A stretch of 64,000 nt of DNA. It comes from Nitrospirota bacterium (GTDB taxonomy: Bacteria > Nitrospirota > UBA9217). The stretch is taken from positions 122,742-186,741 of the forward strand of contig CAVVOB010000015.1 of NCBI GenBank assembly GCA_963749655.1, in the 5' to 3' direction. Below the pieces are notes generated by a model. That model did no database searches. It worked only from the letters and a program-made list of their open reading frames with translations, and was not told the DNA's origin. Positions within the stretch are counted from its first letter, which is position 1; each line of letters opens with the position of its first letter. This document shows, piece by piece, positions 41,185 to 50,300 of this stretch. The position numbers and the translations under genes were made by a program.

Positions 41185-44100
41185 GTGAGAACATATCTCA
41201 ATTGGTTACATATTTCTGACATTCACTTTCACGCGAAAACAGAATGGCGTGATAGTCACGTAAGAATTTCACTCCTCAACTTCCTGAAGGAAGAATTAGG
41301 GAAGAACGAAACTCTGAAGCCTGATCTGATCTTCTGTACCGGCGATATTGCCTTCGGCGAAGCGGATGCAGATAGCTTGGATGAACAATATGCCAAGTCT
41401 ATTGTATTTTTCGAAGAGCTGCGCGCCGCCTGCGGTCGCAATGGAACTTCTCTTCCTAAAGAAAGACTCTTTGTTGTGCCAGGCAATCACGATATCAACA
41501 GAAAGAGCATTGATGCCGCTGTGCAATCCAAGCTTCACACTTGGGCTAAGGATGCCCATCGCAATAGCGAAACAATCAATCAACAATTCAATGATAAACG
41601 GTACGAGGTCGGCATCGCACTAGCGCGACTTGCTGAATATGACAGATTTGTAAAGAATTATTTGCCGCATCATTATGATGAAGATGGGAGATGTCGTTAC
41701 GCACACATCGTCGATATAGATGGTTTAAAAGTAGCTATTGCAGGATTCAATTCAGCATGGTCATGTGCTGGCCCAGAAGACGATCGGCATCTATGGATGG
41801 CAGCGGAGTGGCAGTTCTATTCCGCAAAGGATAAAATCAGTGATGGTGCTATCCGTATCGGGCTGATGCATCACGCCGTAGATTGGTTAAATGAAGAAGA
41901 ACGTGATGTCACAAAACGTCAGATTGTAAATAAATATCATCCGTATCACTTCTGGTTGCACGGACACGTCCACAATGTTTGGATTGAGCCGGGCCAAATC
42001 AATATCACAATTGCTGCCGGTGCTACGAATGCTCAGAAAAGTGACGAATTCGGGATCAATTTGGTTCGACTTGATTTGGCAAATTCAAAAGGAAACGCGC
42101 ACCTTTTTTGCTACTCTCGAAAAAATGATGGCTGGACGTATATGCTTGACCCCAATCAGGCACCGCATGGCGTATGCATGTTTGATGTTCCACTCGGGCT
42201 GAAAAAATTATCTGCTTCAGCGCTGACGGCGTCGGCTAAAAGAAATCCACGACTGTTTGGACGAGAAGCGCTTCTTAAACGTGTTTCCGATGAACTCCAG
42301 CTGCAATCGTTCTTGCTAATCTACGGCTTGCGCGGAAACGGCAAAAGCTCTCTCATTGAAGCGCTGGGACGCCAGTCCCCATTGGTAGATAAAGAGCATG
42401 TGCGTTTTCTTGTGACACCGGCAACAACAGTCGATGATTTTTTCCAGCGCTTTGCCGCACTCCTAGGAGATACTTCTGAATTTCCAAAGACACCAAAGGG
42501 CGACTCTTCGGTCGTCGCAGAAGAAATTAAACGTCGCTATCCCAACCCACGCCCGGCATGGGTCTGGATCGATAGAGCTCACCATTTGATGGACAGCGCA
42601 GGTTTCCGTAGTCTTGAAGTACGCGCACTTCTGCGCGGACTTCAACTGGCGCTCGGATCACAGTGGCATTGGGTTTTCGAACTTCGGGAACGACCACCCC
42701 GTGGTCTGCTAGGTGCGGATGCCTGTGAATGCGAAGTGCCGGGTTTGAATAAAATCGCTCTTTCTGAATGTCTGGATCATGCTGCACCTACTGGAAAGGA
42801 AGTTGCTTGGCACTATACCGGCCAAGAACTCAAGGGTATTTATCAATGGCTTGGCGGAGGTCACGGACGACAGGCGCAACCACAGGCTATTCAGCTCTTG
42901 ATAGAAGTTGCTCGCGGTCTTGATGAAACTCCACTTCAGACGCTTGAAAGACACAGAAGTGATTTTGAGCAGAAGATTGAAGATGTCCTGCTTGGCGATT
43001 TGTATGGCAATGTTCTTAATGCTGAAGAACAGCGGTTGTTGCAAACCTTGAGCCTTTATAGAAATTCAATACCCCATGACCATGCTGAGGTCTTGGAGCG
43101 GCAGTTGAGTATACCCGGTTCTTGGGATGGCTTGGACCGTCGTTGTTTACTGACCGCGAATGATGATCACTCACAGTACTATTTGCATAGCCTTATATCG
43201 ATTTGGATCAGAACGCGCATGGGTTATGTCGGGCAAGAAGACGGCGATCCTGCCTTTGAAAGTTCGACCCCCGAAAGAGATCAGAAGCACGCGCGAGGTT
43301 TACACGCTGTCATTGCCACCTGCTGGCTAGATCAACTTCGGGGTAGTCGGCGCGCTACAAATCTGAATATTGATAGAGCGCTTGAAGCATTTTATCATCT
43401 CACAGCTGCCGGCGAGGCGGATCGGATTCAGAGTATTGCCACAGATTTACTGACAGGTAATAAAGTTTGGGCGATTCGACGTATTGAGAATTTATATACC
43501 TACTTATACAAATCCAAAGCTCCTCTTGCTCAACTTCGTGCCGCTCTTGAATACGCAGAGATACTTGAACCCGACAACGACAAAGTCCAACGCTTTCTCG
43601 GCGAGTGCTGGCGTAAAGCTGAAGGGTGGAAGAGCCCCAAAGCACTGGGATATTTCGAACAAGCCTGCCGATTAAATCCTTCCTTCCCTCCGTACTGGGC
43701 CAACCTCGGCAAAGCCTTACTCGCGCAAGGACGCGACGGTGCGAATCAGTTCATTGATAATTTCGCGGCGTTGGAGACAGAAACCCCGGCAGCAATAAAC
43801 GATTATGTCCGATCAGTTTATTTTGATTGTCTCCATGCGCTTGGTAACTCAAAACTTGCCTCAAAGCTACGCTTGGAAAGAATCGATGCCGGATCGAATC
43901 ACCCGGCTTTCTATGTAGACGAAGCTAAAGCGCGGCTTAAAGCACGGGATCCAAAGGGTGCATTAGAAATCCTTGATTTGGCGCAAAAGAGTAGTGCTGT
44001 TGATCACTTCACGGAAGTTGTACGCGCTGAAGCATTGCAGTGTTCGGGTAAGCGAGATCAGGCATCCGCATTACGTATGGCAAAAATTCAGGCTGGGACG

Positions 44101-44877
44101 CGTCACACTACTTTTTATATGGAAGAAGCCAAATCATGTTTAGAAGTGAATGATCCGAAAGGTGCGTTGAAAATCCTTGATTTAGCCGTAAAGAATGGCT
44201 TGGCCGATGAAAAAGTATACACGTTGCGATCGACCGCAATGTATTTAGACTGGAAATTTGAGCAATCTACCGTAAGACGTATGGAGCGCAAACAAGCTGG
44301 CATACGTGAAGCCGATTCCTATGGTGTTGAAGCTAAAGAATGCCTGCGTACTGGTGATGCAAAAGGTGCCCTGGATGTCCTCGATTTAGCGGAGAAGAAT
44401 GGATGCGTAGACGATTTTCTTGTTTCTATCCGTGCAACGGCCTTGGATCAGCTGGGGAAAGCAGATGAAGCCTCGGCTCTTCGTATGGGTAAGATAAAGG
44501 CAGGCAGTAGAGACCCTATTTTCCATAATGACGAAGCCAAAGCTCAATTAAGGCACGGAAACGTAAACAAAGCAATCGATATTTTTGAACGAGCCGTAAA
44601 AAAGGGATGTACTGATGAATATTCTTACGCGATATTGGCAAACGCTCTGCACAAGTCTGGAAAGTTGGACAAAGCAACTGCTATCCGTATGGATCATATC
44701 GCAGCAGGCAGTAGCAATCCTGCATTTTATGCCGATGAAGCCAAAACGCGAATAGAGATGAACGATCAGAAGGGTGCCCTATATATCCTTAATTTGGCAG
44801 AAAAGAATGGTTGTGCGAATGAATATATTGTAACCCTGCGAGCAAAATTGCTTCGCGATGGTATTACTTCTGAGTAG
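41185..44877 (+). CDS. Calcineurin-like metallophosphoesterase - STAND (NB-ARC-like) NTPase - TPR-like repeat protein
   Basis: SDIH, GD, GNHD, HH, GHVH; LFGRE, Walker A GLRGNGKS, Walker B WVWID; five 68-aa helical repeats at the C-terminus. Confidence 0.85.
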   Translation: MRTYLNWLHISDIHFHAKTEWRDSHVRISLLNFLKEELGKNETLKPDLIFCTGDIAFGEADADSLDEQYAKSIVFFEELRAACGRNGTSLPKERLFVVPGNHDINRKSIDAAVQSKLHTWAKDAHRNSETINQQFNDKRYEVGIALARLAEYDRFVKNYLPHHYDEDGRCRYAHIVDIDGLKVAIAGFNSAWSCAGPEDDRHLWMAAEWQFYSAKDKISDGAIRIGLMHHAVDWLNEEERDVTKRQIVNKYHPYHFWLHGHVHNVWIEPGQINITIAAGATNAQKSDEFGINLVRLDLANSKGNAHLFCYSRKNDGWTYMLDPNQAPHGVCMFDVPLGLKKLSASALTASAKRNPRLFGREALLKRVSDELQLQSFLLIYGLRGNGKSSLIEALGRQSPLVDKEHVRFLVTPATTVDDFFQRFAALLGDTSEFPKTPKGDSSVVAEEIKRRYPNPRPAWVWIDRAHHLMDSAGFRSLEVRALLRGLQLALGSQWHWVFELRERPPRGLLGADACECEVPGLNKIALSECLDHAAPTGKEVAWHYTGQELKGIYQWLGGGHGRQAQPQAIQLLIEVARGLDETPLQTLERHRSDFEQKIEDVLLGDLYGNVLNAEEQRLLQTLSLYRNSIPHDHAEVLERQLSIPGSWDGLDRRCLLTANDDHSQYYLHSLISIWIRTRMGYVGQEDGDPAFESSTPERDQKHARGLHAVIATCWLDQLRGSRRATNLNIDRALEAFYHLTAAGEADRIQSIATDLLTGNKVWAIRRIENLYTYLYKSKAPLAQLRAALEYAEILEPDNDKVQRFLGECWRKAEGWKSPKALGYFEQACRLNPSFPPYWANLGKALLAQGRDGANQFIDNFAALETETPAAINDYVRSVYFDCLHALGNSKLASKLRLERIDAGSNHPAFYVDEAKARLKARDPKGALEILDLAQKSSAVDHFTEVVRAEALQCSGKRDQASALRMAKIQAGTRHTTFYMEEAKSCLEVNDPKGALKILDLAVKNGLADEKVYTLRSTAMYLDWKFEQSTVRRMERKQAGIREADSYGVEAKECLRTGDAKGALDVLDLAEKNGCVDDFLVSIRATALDQLGKADEASALRMGKIKAGSRDPIFHNDEAKAQLRHGNVNKAIDIFERAVKKGCTDEYSYAILANALHKSGKLDKATAIRMDHIAAGSSNPAFYADEAKTRIEMNDQKGALYILNLAEKNGCANEYIVTLRAKLLRDGITSE

Positions 44878-44896
44878 AAACGAAATACGACGCTGG

Positions 44897-44954
44897 TTCC
44901 AACCAGGCGCTACATCGACTCGCCAAAAAGCGGCGAGTCAGCGCCGCGTTGATC
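44897..44954 (+). other. attC-like recombination site 2
   Basis: TTCCAACCAGGCGCTACATCGACTCGCCAAAAAGCGGCGAGTCAGCGCCGCGTTGATC; almost identical to site 1, ~20 bp after the stop. Confidence 0.7.
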
Positions 44955-45354
44955 CCGAAGGAAAAGATCATCAGGCTCGGGAACGATATCGTCCCGGACG
45001 CCTCAGGGTTGAAGGTTTTGTGTTTTGGTTCATGGAGGCCCCAACCACACCTTCTGAAAAGTGGTTTGCTTGTCCGAGGCTTGCCGATAATGGTCCAATA
45101 AGCTCCAGACCTACACCGGCGGCCAAACTGCCCTTGCAGAGGGCCGCTGGGCATAATTTTGCTTGGTACTTTTACTTCAGCGATTTGAATACCTTCGCGT
45201 ATGTTGCAGGAGACAGCGCGAGTTTTGAATGGACTTAACCCGACGCAATAATCTCAACCACGCCGTACCTTTAGGCGGAAGTAGTCAAGAATTCACGCGC
45301 TTCTCCCTTGCCCGCAACTGTCGAGTGCCCCTGGTAGCCCGTTGCGAAAACTGA

Positions 45355-45383
45355 TTGATAAACAATAGCCATATTGTTATAAT
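45355..45383 (+). promoter_or_regulatory. TA promoter with palindromic operator
   Basis: TTGATA-17bp-TATAAT; the spacer contains AACAATA-GCCA-TATTGTT. Confidence 0.65.
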
Positions 45384-45415
45384 TGCAACAACAGTAAATA
45401 GACTGATCGTGAGGT

Positions 45416-45631
45416 TTGATAAATATGAGCCCGACAAAAACTATAATTTCAAAAGCCTTGAACCTTAAACCGGCGGAAAAATCCCTTCTTATCGAAGCCT
45501 TGCTTCGGAGCCTTGATGTAGCTGATCCGAAAATTGAAAAGATATGGGCGGTTGAAGCCGAGAAAAGACTCAAGGCATACAAGGCCGGCAAGGTTAAAAC
45601 GGTCTCATTCGAGGATATGTTCGCTAAATGA
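45416..45631 (+). CDS. Addiction-module antitoxin
   Basis: ALNLKPAEK...IEKIWAVEAEKRLKAYKAGK...FED; overlaps the toxin gene. Confidence 0.85.
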   Translation: MINMSPTKTIISKALNLKPAEKSLLIEALLRSLDVADPKIEKIWAVEAEKRLKAYKAGKVKTVSFEDMFAK

Positions 45632-45921
45632 AACTGGAGATTCTCGAAATTGCCCGTCGGGAATATGAAGAGGCTAAAGAGTTTTACGAGGCAGAGCAAC
45701 CCGGCTTAGGATCCCAATTCAAGGAACAAATCAGGCATTCCCTTCTCCGCATTCAGCAATACCCTCAAGCATGGCCGCCGGAGCGCAAGGCAATCCGGCG
45801 ATACATCGTCCACAAGTTCCCATATAAGATTCTCTATTCCATTCAAGCTGACAAAATTGTCGTTCTTTCATTCGCGCATTTACACCGGCAACCGGGCTAC
45901 TGGATTGACAGACAGAAGTAA
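45628..45921 (+). CDS. RelE/ParE-family toxin
   Basis: ARREYEEAKEFYE...PGLG...RRYIVHKFPYKILY...HLHRQPGYW. Confidence 0.9.
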   Translation: MKLEILEIARREYEEAKEFYEAEQPGLGSQFKEQIRHSLLRIQQYPQAWPPERKAIRRYIVHKFPYKILYSIQADKIVVLSFAHLHRQPGYWIDRQK

Positions 45922-45966
45922 AATCTCTTGTTTGAGCGGACCGTGGCCTGTACTATCGCACTATGA

Positions 45967-46025
45967 ATTCAACCATCGCATCCACAGCGACGTGCCAAAG
46001 TCGGCGCGTCAGCGCCGTGTTCATG
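45967..46025 (+). other. attC-like site 3 (divergent or chimeric)
   Basis: ATTCAAC (RYYYAAC)...GACGTGCC-loop-GGCGCGTC-AGCGCCGT-GTTCATG; right arm shared with sites 1-2. Confidence 0.55.
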
Positions 46026-46091
46026 TGCAAATTACCGGCATTCTGCACCTTAATCCGTCGGACGTTGTTGCATAGTAGCAGGTAAAGTACT

Positions 46092-46229
46092 TTATTCATC
46101 CCCTCGCGCCTTCCCTTCTTTGGCTGCCTTCAAAATCTCTTCAGCAGTATGTCCTTTTCTTATGATCCCCTTGATGTCGGCCAGGCCTTTGTCCTCCACG
46201 ACCTTCCAGTAATGATCAAGTACGGTCCG
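46092..46229 (-). pseudogene. Fragment of a universal stress protein gene
   Basis: Translates RTVLDHYWKVVEDKGLADIKGIIRKGHTAEEILKAAKEGKA, versus RTVLDYYQKALADKGLTNVKQIIRKGHPAEEILKTAGEEKA in 57020-57487. Confidence 0.75.
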
Positions 46230-46441
46230 CTCGACCGTCCTGGTGCAGAAAAGGATGCCTTCCCGGGGCTATTCCCAAGGGTTCAAGTCCCTGGAATATT
46301 AAAATGAGTTAGAGCTTTCCCTCCGGTATAGTCGTATAATGAATATATCCCAGAGAAGCGTAGATTCAGACATCTCTCCGAATTCACCCGTCTCTTCGAC
46401 CGTCTTCAGAAACATATCCTGTTAAACAATGAGGAGGCACT

Positions 46442-46846
46442 ATGCTGGAAAAGAATTTGCCGGGAGGTAACACTCAGTCCTATTGCGGGAAGTGCACGAC
46501 GGCTCGCGATCACACCATCATGACGATGGAGGGAGACGCAATCATCAAGGTGAGATGTCAGAACTGCGGCAGTATGCACAAATTCAGCGATCCGCTCGTT
46601 GTTCATAAAGTCCGCAAACCGAGAGTGAAAAAAGACGATGCAGCGACAGCGGAAGCAGTCTGGGCGGCCGGTCTCGCGGAGGCAAAGGGAAAAGAGCGCG
46701 ATTACAGCATGGCTACGAATTATCGCATAGGCGACATTGTCAATCACCAGACCTTCGGCAAGGGCATCGTGAAGAAGCTTTATGTCAACAAATGCGATAT
46801 GCTCTTCAAGGACAGGGAACGGCTGATGGCCTCGACCAACAGCTAA
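46442..46846 (+). CDS. Hypothetical Zn-ribbon protein
   Basis: CGKC...CQNC, C-terminal GDIVNHQTFGKGIV; GAGGAGG RBS. Confidence 0.75.
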   Translation: MLEKNLPGGNTQSYCGKCTTARDHTIMTMEGDAIIKVRCQNCGSMHKFSDPLVVHKVRKPRVKKDDAATAEAVWAAGLAEAKGKERDYSMATNYRIGDIVNHQTFGKGIVKKLYVNKCDMLFKDRERLMASTNS

Positions 46847-46915
46847 ATACGGCCCTGTCTTACTAATAAGATCATTAATGCAAACGAAGTAACCATTGTT
46901 ACATCCGGAAAAGTC

Positions 46916-46963
46916 CCCCCCCCCCAACCCTCTCCCCTCTGGGGAGAGGACAAAGGTGAGGGG
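46916..46963. repeat. CCCTCTCCC/GGGAGAGG REP-like palindrome
   Basis: Reverse complement CCCCTCACCTTTGTCCTCTCCCCAGAGGGGAGAGGG matches the intragenic copy at 49244-49284. Confidence 0.7.
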
Positions 46964-47357
46964 CAAAGCAGTAACGAATTTAAATGCGTTTGTATTAGTA
47001 ATGCCGTCATTCCGGATTTGAGTCGCCTGCCCCGGTAAGTTTGAAGCCGGGGCGGGAATGACGATGGGCGGCTGTACCTTCGAACTTTCAATTCTAATTT
47101 TTTACCGTTGTTTCACAGCGCACCTTCCTTCATGCCGGCGTTCGGACCGTAACGGCCTGATAACAATCTTGTTATACTAATCTTATAAGCCGGGACCAAA
47201 ACCTTTTTTGCCGCAAAGGACCCAGAAGACACCGAGAAGCGGAAATCCTGCAGTCATGAAATTTTTCCAGCCCTTCTCTGTGTGCTCGGTGACCTCTGTG
47301 GCTGATTCTTACGAACAATATCATTTCCGGCACCTGCAGCAAAAAGGAGCGTACCAT

Positions 47358-50300
47358 TTGAAGTTGAGCAACAAGACCATTTTCGGCGACCTGCCCGATG
47401 TCCTGGCACGTCTTCAGGGAAACGACCTGGAAGCAAAGTGCAAGCGTGTACGAGCCGCCGCTGCGATCGGAATTGTTCAGCAGCGACCAGATGGAAGCAG
47501 CACGGCAGGACCCTGGCGGGTTTGCACACGCTCGAGCCCCGGACACGCTCCTGACCGGCTTCTGCCGCGGTTGGCCGAGAATGAAGCCATCCTGACCGGG
47601 ACCCGCAGCCTGCTGGTAGAGGCGGTCAAGACCGATCGCCGGATCACGCCGGCGGCTGAATGGCTGCTCGACAACTTCTATCTGATCGAAGAGCAGATCC
47701 GCATGGCGCGTAAACACTTGCCGAAGGGTTACAGCCGGGAGCTGCCCCGCTTGCTGGATGGACCGTCCGCCGGACTTCCGCGCGTGTATGACATCGCCCT
47801 GGAGACGATCTCGCACGGCGACGGCCGCGTGGACCCGGAAGGTCTCAGCAGTTTTCTTGCGTCCTACCAGACCGTCACGGTCCTGAAGCTGGGAGAATTA
47901 TGGGCCGTCCCCATCATGCTGCGCCTGGCGTTGATCGAGAATCTCCGGCGCGTCGGGGCGCGGATCGCCGCCGACAGGATCGACCGAGACCTCGCCGACT
48001 ACTGGGCGGACCTGATCACCGAGTGTCGTTGCCAAGGACCCGAAGAGTCTGATCCTGGTCCTTGCGGACATGGCGCGCTCGAACCCGCCGCTCAAGAGCG
48101 CCTTTGTCGCGGAATTCGCCCGCCGGCTTCAGGGACAGGGCCCTGCCCTGGCAATGCCGCTCACCTGGATCGAGCAGCACCTCTCCGAGTGCAGCATGAC
48201 GATCGATCACATGGTGCAGTCGGAGAACCAGCAGCAGGCTGCTGACCAGGTTTCGATGAGCAACAGCATCGGCAGCCTCCGGTTTCTGGGCGCAATGGAC
48301 TGGCGGACGTTCGTCGAGACGATGAGCGTTGTCGAGAAGACCCTGCGCGAAGACCCCCGCGGCACCTACGGCAACATGGATTTTTTTACCCGCGATCGAT
48401 ACCGTCACGTGGTGGAAAGGATTGCAAAGAGCGGCCGTCTGTCCGAAGCGGAGGTGGCATCCGCAGCAGTCCGGCTTGCCCGCGAGAGCGCGGCCCGGGG
48501 CGACGGAAATCGCGACCACGACGATCGCGCGGCCCATGTGGGCTTTTACCTGATAGACAAGGGACTGGCGCAGCTCGAACGCCTGGCAGGGGTCCGGCGT
48601 GTCCGCCTCCGAGTCCCTTCGAAGGGCAAGCAGCCGGTTTCCTTTGTTCCTCTATCTCGGCACGATCGTGCTGATCACGACTTGCTTTTCACCAACCTCT
48701 GCTGGCGAAGGCGCAGAGTGCCGGCTTGCACCACTGGCTGCTCCTTTTGACGGGTATCCTCTGCATTGCTCTCCACGAGTCAGCTGGCTATCGCCGTGGT
48801 GAACTGGCTTGCTACGGTGCTCGTAGCGCCGCATTCCCTGCCGCGAATGAACTTCTCCAAAGGCATCCCCCCTGAATCGCGGACCCTGGCCGTTGTCCCG
48901 ACCATGCTCACGAGCACCCGGAACATCGAGGACCTGATCGAGGCGCTGGAAGTCAGGTTCCTGGCAAATCGCGACGACAACCTGCTTTTCGGACTGCTGA
49001 CTGATTTTCAGGACGCGTCAGAGGAAACGTTGCCCGAGGATGAACCGCTGTTGCTGCTCGCCCAACAGAGAATCGAAGAGCTGAATGAAAAATACGGCGA
49101 TGGAAACAAGCGACAGGTTTTTCCTTTTTCACCGCCCCCGCAGATGGAATCCCATGGAGCGCGTCTGGATGGGTCACGAACGCAAACGGGGAAAGCTTGC
49201 GGATTTGAATTCGTTCTTGCGCGGCGGTGTTTCCTCCTCACCTCCCCCCTCACCCTTGCCCTCTCCCGCGAGGGGAGAGGGGGGTAATAGCGGCTTCTCC
49301 CTCGTCGTCGGCAATACCACTGCTTTGTTGAACATAAAGTACGTGATCACCCTTGACACGGATACCCAGCTGCCGCGCGATTCGGCGAGGCAGCTTGCGG
49401 GGGCCATGGCGCATCCGCTGAACCGTGCGCTGTACGACGAAGGCAAACAGCGCGTTGTCGCCGGGTACGGCATCCTTCAGCCGCGGGTCGGCGCGAGCCT
49501 GCCGGGCACAAACCGATCGCTCTATGCGCGCATGGAAGGGAGCGATGCGGGCATCGACCCCTATACGCGCGCCGTCTCCGATGTTTACCAGGACCTCTTC
49601 TATGAAGGCTCCTTTATCGGCAAGGGGATCTACGACGTCGACGCCTTCGAGCAGGCGCTCGAGGGACGCTTCCCCGAGAACCGGATCCTGAGCCACGATC
49701 TTATTGAAGGATGTTTCGCCCGGTCCGGACTGCTGAGCGACGTCATGGTGTTCGAGGAATATCCTTCCCGCTACAGCGCCGACGTGAGCCGCCGCCACCG
49801 GTGGATCCGCGGCGACTGGCAGCTCCTGTCCTGGCTGCGGGGGGTTGTCCCCGGTCCCGGCCTTTCCAGGCAGCGCCGCAAGAATCCCCTCTCGCTGCTG
49901 TCCCAATGGAAGCTCTTCGACAACCTTCGCCGCAGTCTCGTGCCTTCGGCCTTGACACTCCTGCTGGCGCTCGGCTGGACGGTTCTCTCGTCGCCCTGGT
50001 TCTGGACCCTGTCGATGATCGGGATCATCCTGGTCCCTTCATTGATTTCCTCTATCCTGGACCTGCTTCGAAAACCGATAGACGTGCTTCCCAGACAGCA
50101 TCTCGCTGCCGTAGGGCACTCCCTGAGGACGCGCCTTGTTCAGGATTTGTTTACGCTTGCCTGCCTTCCCTACGAGGCCTATTTCAGCCTCGATGCGGTC
50201 CTGCGTACGATCGGCGGATGTTCGTAACGCACAAGCGGCTTCTTGAATGGAGTCCCTCAGGCGACGGGGATGAAAAAAACCGGACAGGCCTCGCTTCGAC

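Noticed and set aside
44858-45238. 126-aa ORF between the STAND gene and the TA pair
   Set aside because: Runs through the attC-like site and has no recognisable motif or RBS; at most a decayed cassette remnant
41078-46025. The three ~60-bp repeats as a CRISPR array or simple terminators
   Set aside because: They are separated by whole genes (1-3.8 kb), there are no cas genes and no poly-T tails; the AAC/GTT ends fit attC better
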